Source: Amoebophrya sp. A120 (Eukaryota; Protista; Dinoflagellata). Taken from it: 64,000 nt of DNA. The stretch lies in assembly GCA_905178155.1 (NCBI GenBank), contig CAJINV010000013.1:3250823-3314822 (forward strand), in the 5' to 3' direction. This document shows positions 49,201 through 60,300 of the stretch, one piece after another. The notes under the pieces are model-generated. The model was given only the letters and a program-made list of their open reading frames with translations. It did no database searches and was not told the DNA's origin. Each line of letters opens with the position of its first letter. Within the stretch, counting starts at the first letter, position 1. A program made the position numbers and the translations under genes.

Positions 49201-52200
49201 ATGTTGAGGACGTAGCTTCTCTTTCCGTCGCATATCCGACAAGGGCAATGCAGTGGCTTCTCCAAGGGCACCAGAATCACGAAATCAAGGATCTTGATCG
49301 TCCCGGCCGTGCTGCAGTTGGTGCCGCGGCTGAAGCAGCAGCTGTGGGACCAGGCGATCAACCCACGACATGGAAGACCGAAGTAGATGGTGGAGTCGCT
49401 GAACCAGCACCACCTCCAAGGAATCGATCTGACCCCGCCGGTTTTTTTCCGTTCTCTGAGGCGGAAGAGCCGGCGGAGACGGTTGCAATGCGAAACGAGC
49501 GGGTTCTCCTGTTTTCCGTGGACAACAGTCGCTACGAACAGCCTTGGTGGAAGCCTTTATCTTCCGGGGCGAGGCTCGTGGGAGATGCGTGCTGTGCGGC
49601 AGACGATCAATACACCTGCTCCGCCGAAAGGACTCTTCATCATCCTTCTGATGCACAATGTGAGTCCAACCACGACCAGGAGCCTGGTGCCGGCGCCGAA
49701 GACCCGCCTGAGGGCGGAGCTCGCTGTAAGCTGCTTGGAACAAACAACGCGACGAGTGTGCTGCAAGACGAGCCTAGGGACCAGGAGCGGGACGACACCA
49801 GGGTGCAACGGCAGCAAGATGAGGAAGGAGCGTCAGCATTTTCTTCTGAAGTCGACCTGCCGTCCTCAATCTTCACAGGGTCAGAAGATGAGACAGTGAA
49901 GCCTGGATACAACTCCGCCAATAACCATGTTGATCCGCCCAGACCGAGCATGTCGGTGCAGCAGCTCTCCGCGATTTTGTACTTGTTCCCCAGCAGCACC
50001 AAAGAATTTCTTGAGGATGATGTGGTGCAGACCACAAGCGAGCAAAGCCGCCAAGCGCAAACTTCTCGTCCTCCTCGTCCTAGAACCAGCAACGACGTCA
50101 ACCTGCACGCCCGGAATCTCACCGATTTGGCCGATTTTATCGTAGCGCACCAGAACCTTACAGTGTTACAGAAGAAAGTTCTTCAGGTCGAAGAAGATTC
50201 GCTCAACTACTTTGTTGGAGAACAACATCACGATCAACAAGGTGGAATTGGAATTGGTCCGCATCATCACGCGGGGGTTCTTTACATCCTGTCAGAATCG
50301 CACTTGACGCTGCATTTTTACAACGAGGTGAGGCCACGGCCTGCAACGAGCTCGCCCACGTCTACTTCTACATCAGGCGAAAGCACTTCGTCTCGCACTA
50401 CAAGCCGCGTCAGCTCAGCATTAGGACGCACAAGAATCATCCTGGAGCTTACAACGTGCCAGGATTTCGCAACTCTCGACGCGAAAACGTCGGTTTTTCT
50501 GCAGCCGAGCACTTTCATTGCTGACTTGGAAAAAGCCACGGCAAAAATTTTCGATTTGCAAGACGTGTTCGTACGCTGGGGCGTGCAGCTGTGGGGAACG
50601 GTGGGAGTGGAGCAAGATGAGTTCGCTAAAATGAACTTAGAAGTAGGACACGAACAACAAGGCGATCATGCTCCAGCTTCTGCCGGATCGAAAGTTGTAA
50701 CTACGGCGCCACCTCCTATGGGCATTGCGTTGCAGCTGAGCCTAAACCTTGCAGAAGTCAGCGCAGGAGCAGCACTACCAGGGGGAGAACGAGCTGTCTT
50801 CGAAAGCCAGACTACTTCTAGCAACACAACCTACCTCTTCGGTGCGGGTTTTGGTAAATCAGGTTCGTCTTCCTCTTCTTCTTCGCAGTGGGACGGTTTG
50901 CAGACGCAATTGCAAGACACGCTCGGTGGGTTCAAGTATCTGGTCGGAAAGGCGGGTTGTATTGAACATGCGGAACAAGAAACGACCGAAGTGACCTCTT
51001 CGTTCACCGCCCCAACATCTTGCAGCCTGGAAGTGTGGAGTTTCAGTGACGCAGCCGCGCTGGCTGCGCAACTTGATGCGGCAGCAGGAGAAGATGAAGA
51101 AAGTCGTGAACAGGAGCAGGAAAGAACCAGAGGAGATGATCTGAAGACCCCCAGCACTGGCGTCGAAGACGAAGATCCCCTTGCCGCCTCCTACTTTCCA
51201 GAAGACGAGTCAGACGACCTGCCGCAGCACAGCTACCTCAGCCACCGGGTATTTTTCCGTTTCAATACGAGGATTCACGTCCTGAATGCCATTCCGGCGA
51301 TGAAATTAGCCAATTTGGCGCTGAGGTCAATAATTAATGTCGTAGAAGAAGATCATGAAGACGGTGGGGAACAAGAGCAAGGTCCAGAGATTGTAGAAGA
51401 GCTAGACCAGGGGAAACCGAAACTCGTAGTGCCTTCTACTGAAGGAAGCAGTGCTGGACGACGTCACGCCCATGATGTTAACGCGCTGCAGACATCAACT
51501 AGCGCCAGCAGCAAAAACTCTCCGGACGAAGCGAACAAGAAAATCGACATTGTGATCCTCGGGGGCGGGTTGGGCACCGGCTTGCAAGCTGTTCTAGGCT
51601 TCAAAGAGCAGGACGAAGACGGTAGAGTTGCGAAAAAATCGAGAGCTAGTGGCTCTTCCTCCTCATCGTCATCCAGGATCGGGAAAATCACGATTGTTGA
51701 TTCCTCTTCCGATGTGCGAGTGTTGGCCGCTCAACTGTACGGAGAGGAGGTGGTGCATCTTCAAGCAGGAAACCACAATGATTCAAGTGGGACGTCGACC
51801 GGAGTCCTCCATAGCCAACTCATTCCTACCTCGTTTTTCCACGAAGCAGAATTCGTAGCTTACGGAGCAGGACGAGATCTCTTCCAATGGTTGCACACAG
51901 CGCCTCGAAGCCGAAGGATGAATTGGAGTCGGGCAGTAGAGGAGGAAGTTGATTCAAGAAGTGGTCGTGAAGAAGAACATCGACAACTGCAGCAGCATGC
52001 CATTGCTGTGGGTAGAAGTTCATCTCATGCAAGAACTGAGCAAGATCTTGGCTCGCGCAAGTACTACACGACGTTTCTTCTGTGCGAGTATTGCCACGTG
52101 TTTTTGCAACAGCGTGTGGAGAAGGAGTTGCGAACTTTTTCACGACCCTATGGGCAGGCGGGGACCACTCAGCGGCCGCCGTGGTCTTCCGATGTAGTGG

Positions 52201-52853
52201 AAGGGGTTCTCGACCAAATCGCAGGAGATCTAGCCGGATACCACGAGCACATAGTTGGCAGCCCAACGAGCAGCGAAGATGTCGAAACTGAGAGTAATCA
52301 CCATGACGACAACTACAGTCACGGCTCCGCCTCCTCCAAGAAACGGAGCAACATTGTTTTTGCGGCCCAGATGGGCTTCAATCCGGGCGGGTTGAGCAGC
52401 TACGCGACGGGACACGTCACCCCGGGAGAGAGCACAAGGAGAATGGAACTGTTTGGGTACGATGAAGATCATGAAGAATCGAACAAGGCGGGTCGTGTAA
52501 ACAGCGATAATTCACCGCTCCAATTTTTTGAAGATGCCGCGGCAGAAGAAGGAGAAGAAGATATGGGCAAGCCGCACCCGCCATTGGTTGAAAGTCGCGC
52601 GGGAAGTGTTGACCAGGAGCCGATGCGTCAGCAGAAGGAGCAAGTTCTTGAAGAAGACATCAAAACAAAAACTCGCCGGCAAGGTAGTAAATTTTTTTTG
52701 AGCCAGAAAAATCACGACGACCCCTCGGAGTTTCAAGACCTTTTCTTTCTTTCCCTGCGGCGGCATTTCCGGTTTGTGCACGTGTGGCAGGACAATTTCC
52801 GCGAATTTTACGTCATCGCAACCAACATGGAAGGGTTCCAATTGGCGGTATGA
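46236..52853 (+). CDS. Multi-domain AdoMet decarboxylase-like / spermidine synthase (aminopropyltransferase) fusion, tandemly duplicated module (~2,080 aa if one gene)
   Basis: Three same-frame ORFs. HQFSPFGVS...IAVHSWPE (SpeD-like); HRSEFQEIRIVE, LYLDRFLQSS, YHEALVQPAM, VLIYGGGEGATLREVLK, VVMIDLD (SpeE); ILSESHLTLH (SpeD pyruvoyl motif); IVILGGGLG...ITIVD (degenerate SpeE). Proposed introns 47667-47822 (GT-AG) and 49022-49237 (non-canonical). Confidence 0.75.
49022..49234. mobile_element. Degenerate IR intron element (TATG...CATA); frame restored by element + 3 nt
   Basis: IR tatgg...cgggaagaaagctcgtcttca vs tatgcgacggaaagagaagctacgtcctca; removal gives LYQAPTRAMQWLL. Confidence 0.65.
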
Positions 52854-54315
52854 GCAGAGCCGGGGTTGTTGTAGGTTCTCACCTAGTGATCTTCGCAATT
52901 ATGAGATTGAAAGAGTGTAGGATTTTTTTCAATGTTTTTATGAAACACGGTAAGTATCAGCCTGTTGTACAATCGTTTCTCGTCTCGCAGGCAACATTGA
53001 GATAGTTATGTAGCAAAAAGATGACCTCCAGGTGGTCGCACAGACATCCGCAGACAATGTTGCCACCGTTGTCACTAAAACTCAGCGGAGGAATCAGAAT
53101 TTCGATTGCTTTGCAAAATCGCAGCTGCGATAAGAGAAATATGGGACAAGATGGTTTCACCAGTATGAATCAAATGATCGCGCTCGCGTTGTCGTTGACG
53201 CCGGCGTGGTCCAAAAGGTTCTGCACGAGCAGGTTTGCTTTCCGTCTTTTTCGCCCCATCTTATTGAGTCATGTCTAACTACACGGGATGTAGAATGTGA
53301 ATGGGGCCGCAATGTTCTGGATTTACTTATTTGAAGCAGTACGCGCAGGAGAGATGCACGACGATGAGTGCTGTAAGTATTCTAGCTTCCATTGTCTCAA
53401 ACACACAAAAGCTCAAGCTCTTTGGGCGAAAGCAAAAGATGAAGAACGAGAGAAAATATCAAAATGAGAGGCGAGGAGAACTATTACTATTAGAAAGAAG
53501 TCATGTGGCTTTTGCACAGCGAGTGTCAAAGAACAAAGGAAAAAAAGTAATTGCGTCCTCTCATCTCTTTCACACCAAAATAAACCGAGTGCAGGAAAAA
53601 TTATTTAAAGACCACATCATCATCACCTGAGAGCGTGCATATGTACCAAACCAGGCCCCGCAAAGAATCGCAAGTACCACAAGCGAGACAAAGCCACGAA
53701 AAACACGGTCGTTCTTTTACCCTGGTGGTCAAGAAATTGCGGTGCCCTGCTCACCACGAATGAGTTAAGTATCTAAATAAAAGTGTCACATCTCTACTCT
53801 TTTCGTCAAGTATTTAACGGAGGCAAACGGAGTGCGAGTGTAGCCCTAGCACCGAGGCACCGGACAGTTGTCCAGGAAAGGCACTGAGTCAGTGTCAGCC
53901 GAGTGCTCTGTTCTCCCTCCTTCTCATCGTACGTCAGTAGCTTAATGTAAGCAAAATCACAAATAAGCACAAATATCCTGTTTAGACCACCTTCTGTCTC
54001 TCAATCACAAAACATTCTAGCGTCGTGTGATAATAAACGCTACATTTTCCACTCACCTAGATTTTCCCTTATATATACAACACTGTTGAGAAACAGAAGT
54101 GCTGTCAGTCAGCGCCTCGTCTTTCTCTCATATACCTACAAGCAGCTACTTCCAATTAGCTGCGGGAGCAGCACTTCTACCCCTGACAAAAATTATACCC
54201 AAGATCGTACTTACCCCTAATCGAAATTGATCCTTAAGAGGACACACCCGCTTTCTCTCTTTCCACATTTTCCTGAGACGGCCCCTATTACCCTCCCTCT
54301 CCCCGAAACTTCAAG

Positions 54316-57300
54316 ATGTCGGCTGCAGGAGCCTCTACTGCAGCTGCACCCCCGCAGCATGCATACGCTTCCACCCTGACGCAACTGGGCGATCATCAGG
54401 AGAAGTGGTTTTTCTCCCTGAAAAAACTCCAGGACGAGCGCGTAGACACCCTTCCCTACTGCATCCGCATTCTGCTGGAGTCGGCGGTGCGCAACTGCGA
54501 CGGGTTCGAAGTGAAAAAGCAGGACGTGGAGAATATTTTAAACTGGCAGAAAAATGCGGGTCAGGTGGAAGTGCCCTTCAAGCCCGCGCGGGTGGTGCTG
54601 CAGGATTTCACCGGCGTGCCCGCGGTTGTGGACTTTGCAGCGATGCGGGACGCCATGGCACGGTTGGGCGGGGACCCGACGCTGATTAACCCCTTGTGCC
54701 CGGCAGATCTTGTGATCGATCACAGTGTGCAGGTACGATGAAGAAGACTTAGCGTTTTTTTCCAGGTTTGTTCGTTACGGTTTCGGTCGACGTACCCGTT
54801 CATGACAATCTCGTTGGACTACTTTTTCTGCAACACCAATTTAAGTTTTACTTCTTTGTTCCAGGTTGATTTCAGCCGGACCCCAGAAGCGCTGAAGAAA
54901 AACGAAGATTTGGAAATGGAAAGAAACAAAGAGCTATGATATTGATGCAAACTTTGCTGGGAAAGGGAATAAGCCAGCAAAGGCATGGGTTATGGGCAGA
55001 GATAAATGCAACTTGTATACGAGTCACTACTACTAGTAGGTACCAAAATTTTCTTGAACATGATCAAAACCTAAACCCCGATTCTGTATTCCCGCCTCCA
55101 GCCCCAGCAGAGTTTGGCCCTTGCATACCTTCGTTTCCAGTTTCTAAAATGGGGCGCCAAGGCCTTCGACAACATGACGATCGTGCCGCCAGGCAGCGGG
55201 ATTGTACATCAGGTCAACCTCGAATACCTCGCCCGAGTGGTTTTCAACACTGAGGATGAAAGTAAATCTGTGTCATCAACTACACCGGAAAAGAAAAGGC
55301 TGCTCTACCCGGACTCTTTGGTCGGCACGGATTCGCACACCACCATGATCGACGGCTTGGGAATCGCGGGGTGGGGGGTCGGCGGCATCGAGGCGGAGGC
55401 CGTGATGCTGGGGCAGGCGATATCCATGGTGTTACCCGAAGTGATCGGGTTCGAACTCACGAACAGCATGGACAAACTCTGCACAGCGACCGATCTGGTA
55501 CTAGTACTACTCTGAATAATTTTATCATTTTCTCGGCTATTTGTAATTGTAATTCTAATTGTATTTATTCGAGAACCGCGGGCAACATGTACATTCCGTT
55601 CACATGAGATGAAGATGATGAGGCATATTTTTCCATTCCCATTCACCCCGCATTTTTTCGAAAAAGGTTCTCACCTGCACGGCGATGTTGCGGAAGCGTG
55701 GCGTTGTCGGGAAGTTTGTCGAGTTTTTCGGCCCCGGTTGCGCCTCGTTGACCGTCGCGGACCGTGCGACCATCGCGAACATGAGTCCGGAGTACGGGGC
55801 GACGATGGGTTTTTTTCCGACGGACGCGAAGTCCATGGAGTACCTGGTCCAAACCGGGCGGAGCAAGGTATGGCGTTCTCAAGTGTAGTTACATTCTCAA
55901 CTGTTACATGAATTTGTAATGCGAGAACAATAACAGTGAGAGTGGCAATATTGCAGCTTTCGCATCACAGATTTGCCACAGATTATCATGCTGCTTAGCC
56001 GTTCGAAAATTTGTCATGCTAAGCACCTCGATCAAGTGGAACTGGAAACTGATGGCAATTTTGCATGACAAATCCGTGTAACAGTTGAGCACGTAACAGT
56101 TGAGAATGCCATACAATGCGCAGGTCGCGCGGATCGAGAACTACCTTCGGGAAAACGGGTATGGGAGTGTCAGGATTGAAATCGTCAAAGTTGACAGAGT
56201 TTGTGACGCATAAAATGCTAGACGCAAAGGGCCTGTCTTGCAGAGCAGGCAACTGAGGCCGATTATAAGCCTGCTCCGGGTGTGAGATAGACCTGCTAAA
56301 ATAGCATGACAAAAGCAGTCTTCTCTGCTCAAACAGCATGACAAATTGGATTTCCATGCTCCCAAAATTTGTCATGCGCCACTTGCAAACTGGGCTCCAG
56401 CTTGTATCGCTTTTCTGCATTACAGATTGATTATCTCAACTTTGACGATTTCGATCCTGACGCTTCCATAACGGGCTGTTCCGGCTGTACGACAAGGAAT
56501 CAGAGCAGTTGAACGCGAAAATCAAGTACACGGACGTGCTGCACCTGGACCTCTCCACGGTTGTGCCCTGCGTGTCCGGGCCGAAGCGGCCCCACGACTA
56601 CGTGTCTGTAAAAGACATGCCTCGGGACTTCACGAGCTGTCTGACCAACAAGATCGGCTTCAAGGGGTTCGGGTTACCGAAGGAGAAATTGGCGGACACG
56701 GTCAAGTTTACGTACAAAAACCAGGAATTCGAACTGAAACACGGGTCCTGCGTCCTCGCAGCCATCACCTCCTGCACCAACACGAGCAACCCGGGCGTGA
56801 TGCTGGGCGCGGCGCTGCTCGCGCGGAACGCGCTGCGGAAGAACCTCTCCGTGTTGCCGTACATCAAAACCAGTTTGAGTCCGGGCTCTGGGGTGGTGGC
56901 CAGCTACCTGGAGGAATCGGGACTGATCAAAGATTTGGAGAAGCTCGGGTTCTACAAGACCGGGTTCGGGTATGGATGTGTCAGAGTTGAAATCGACAAA
57001 GTTGAAATGATTTGTCATGCATAAAATGCGACACATTGCTGAAGGCGCAAGGGAGGGGGCAGATTCTAGTGCTGAGAAGGGTCAAGAATTGGGCTGCTGA
57101 GTAGCATGACAGGGCGCAGCCATCTTGCCCTAAACAGCATGACAGACTTGCTTCGAGGCCAGGAAAATTTGTCATGCGCCGATTGGAAACTGTGGGTCCA
57201 ACTGGTATAGATTTTATGCATCACAAATTATTTTTTCAACTTTGTTAATTTCAATCCTGACAGTTCCATATCGGGTGCCAGACCTGCATCGGGAACTCGG

Positions 57301-60300
57301 GCGAGTTGGACGACGAAGTGTCCAAAGCGATCACGGAAAAGGACCTGGTGGTCGGTGCGGTTTTGTCCGGCAACAGGAATTTCGAGGGCCGGGTGCACCC
57401 CCTGACGCGGGCGAACTACCTGGCCAGTCCGCCGTTGGTCGTGGCCTACGCACTCGCAGGGAGGATGGACATTGACTTCGAAAAGGAACCGATCAGCGGA
57501 AACGTGTTTCTGAAAGACTTGTGGCCAAATCCGGAGGAGATTCGTAATACTTACAACTTGGTTTTGATTTGATTTGGATTTCATTTTCATTGTCAACAGA
57601 AAACAGTAGAGTGCTGCTTTTAATAGTGCTGGTGTTGTAAAAGAAACAAAGAAGCAAGGCGGAAAACGAAAAATATTACGTTGGGGGGCAGCGGAAGCGG
57701 ATGATGTCATGCAACTTCTACTGAAAGAGAAATAAAGTGTCATCGTGACCGCTGCAAAAGATGAACTTCGGTCTGTGGCATCGTCACGCGAGATCACCTG
57801 ATCACGAATCGTTTGTACTTAAGTGTAACCACGGAAAAAGGAAATTGAAAAACAGTCTTGCAAGATGAACAGATGCTACATCATCCCTTTGAAGGAGGAA
57901 AAGGATCTACGCATCCGTGATATTGGGGGTAGAGCGCGAGGAAGCGTCATGAACGCGACCCGCTTGTTGATGATCGAGCGAAGTAGTTCAAACAATTGAC
58001 AACAGAAGCGACAATGAAAACCAAAATCCATCTTCAGGTGCCTTGGAGCAAGAGTTCGTAACGGCAGAAAAGTTCCTGGATGCCTACTCGCGGGTGACAA
58101 ACGGCTCCGATGGGTATCCAAGCGAAAGTCTGAGGATGTTTCAGCAAGGAGCAAGAAGGTTTTAACTTTTGCATTCGAGACATCGAGGAACGGCATTTAA
58201 ATACGCAAAAGTATTTTAGCTGTGGTGCACTGGTTTTTGTTTTCAACTTCAACTTCTAGAAGGCGGTCACGCACGTCATGAAACCGATGATGACGCAACA
58301 CCGTCGTGAATAACGTCATTACGGATGGGGTTGCAAGTCAATTATCTTTCTTCATTGTTCTGCATGAAGAAGATGTGAAGACATGGTACTGCAGTTACTC
58401 TTAGAATTAGATTCACCATCAATCTTTCGCCCCCATACCGCATGGCAGAAACTGGTTGTGGAGGAAGGCAAGCAATATAACTGGAATGACAAGTCGACCT
58501 ACATCCACAATCCACCGTTCTTCCAGGGCGTCGCACGGGAACCCACGGCCTTGAAAAACGTATTTGCTGACTTGCAAAAATAAATGCTGCGAAGCGCGTT
58601 CCATCGCGTTTCAAGTGCAATAGTATCAGTTTCGCATTTGCACAAGCTACACGCAAAACTGAAGCATTTTGAAATTTATTTTCGTTTGAGCCGACAGCAC
58701 GCGAATCCGCTTTGCCTTTGTTTTTCACGGCATGCGGCTGCGAGATCTTTATCATTGTGGACGGATCTATCTTGAGCTACTACTATACATATTTATGAGT
58801 GTGTGCAAACGAAAACGAAATCACCATCAGGTCAACAACGCCTACTGCCTGTTGAATTGCGGAGACAGTATCACGACAGACCACATTTCACCAGCGGGAA
58901 AAATCGCCAAGAACTCACCGGCGGGAAGATATCTGTATCCGAGCGAAATTTTTACAGCGCCTGCGCCACGAAAGCCCTGGTAATATTTCCGCTCCTGTTC
59001 AAATGTACCGAAAGGAAAGCAGGGCGGGGAACAAGCATAAGCTACTTGTTTTGATGTCACGCACAGTTTTCGGTGGTGCGTAGCAATACTCACGATGGTG
59101 TGATGTGCTTCAGAAGTACGTATGAAACGTTGCGTGAGTAAGGGCGTTATCTATGCCACACAGCAGCACGACGTGAAAGCGCGTCTATTCGAGTGCGCGA
59201 TATTTCGTGTGCGTGACAGCTACAGAATAAATGACGCAGCCCCCCCTTCAAGTAGAGAAATTCCTTTCCAAGGAAGCCTAGAGCGCTCATCATTATTTCG
59301 CGTGCATAATTCGATGCAGCGTAGCATTAAGCCGGAGGACTTTAACTCGTATGGTTCGCGACGAGGGAACGACGAGATTATGGCCCGCGGGACTTTTGCG
59401 AACATCCGCATGATCAACAAGCTGATGAACGGAAAACTGGGTCCGCAGACCGTCCACCACCCGACCAGCAACTATGACCTGCTCAAACGTTACAATCTCA
59501 AACGTTACAGTAGAATCTGGGACTTGTCTTGCATGATGAGCATGACAGACTCGCAGAGCGTTCCACTTTCTGCAATACAAATTTCGCCGGATTATAGTGC
59601 GGTTTGGAGCTCCGAAACCTGTCACGCGCAAGCCTGTGGGAAGAGGCTAGATCATGCGCTCTTGCATCACAGATTTCGATTTCCATATTCTACTGTAACG
59701 TTTGAGATTGTAATACCTGAGCGGGCTATAGCAAAGTGATGGACATTTTCGATTGCGCGATGCTATACAAGCAGGAGAACGACGAGTGCTGCATCCTCGC
59801 CGGGAAGGAGTACGGCTCCGGGTCGAGTCGGGACTGGGCGGCGAAGGGACCGTTTCTGCAGAATGTGCGATTTGTGATCGCCGAGTCCTTCGAGCGCATC
59901 CATAGGTCGAACCTGGTGGGCATGGGCATCCTGCCCCTCCAGTTTATGGAAAACGAGAACGCCGACAAGCTGCAGCTGACCGGCAAGGAACGCTTACGCA
60001 TCGCAAAAGTAGCGCACTAGTACAATGAAAGGCAACAATGCAATTATGCTTCATCTACTGCTCACGAACAAAAATGCAATGTCTCATGCTACAACTAGAT
60101 CACGATCAGTTGGCAAGATAGGTCTGTTGTGCATGTCTCGTCTGACGAGTACAAGTGCGGTACTTTTGCACAGGACAACGGTTTTCCATCGACAACCTGA
60201 AGCAGCAGTGCATCGACGGCGGGGTCAAGGCGAAGGTCGTGGTCAAAGTGAATGACGGCAGAACGTTATCCAAGAAAAAAACGTTGTTAGTGTAAATTTG

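Noticed and set aside
55868-56123. Canonical GT-AG reading of aconitase intron 4
   Set aside because: In frame but deletes two residues relative to the usual TGR-x4-V spacing; the element + 5 reading fits better. Not fully excluded without cDNA.
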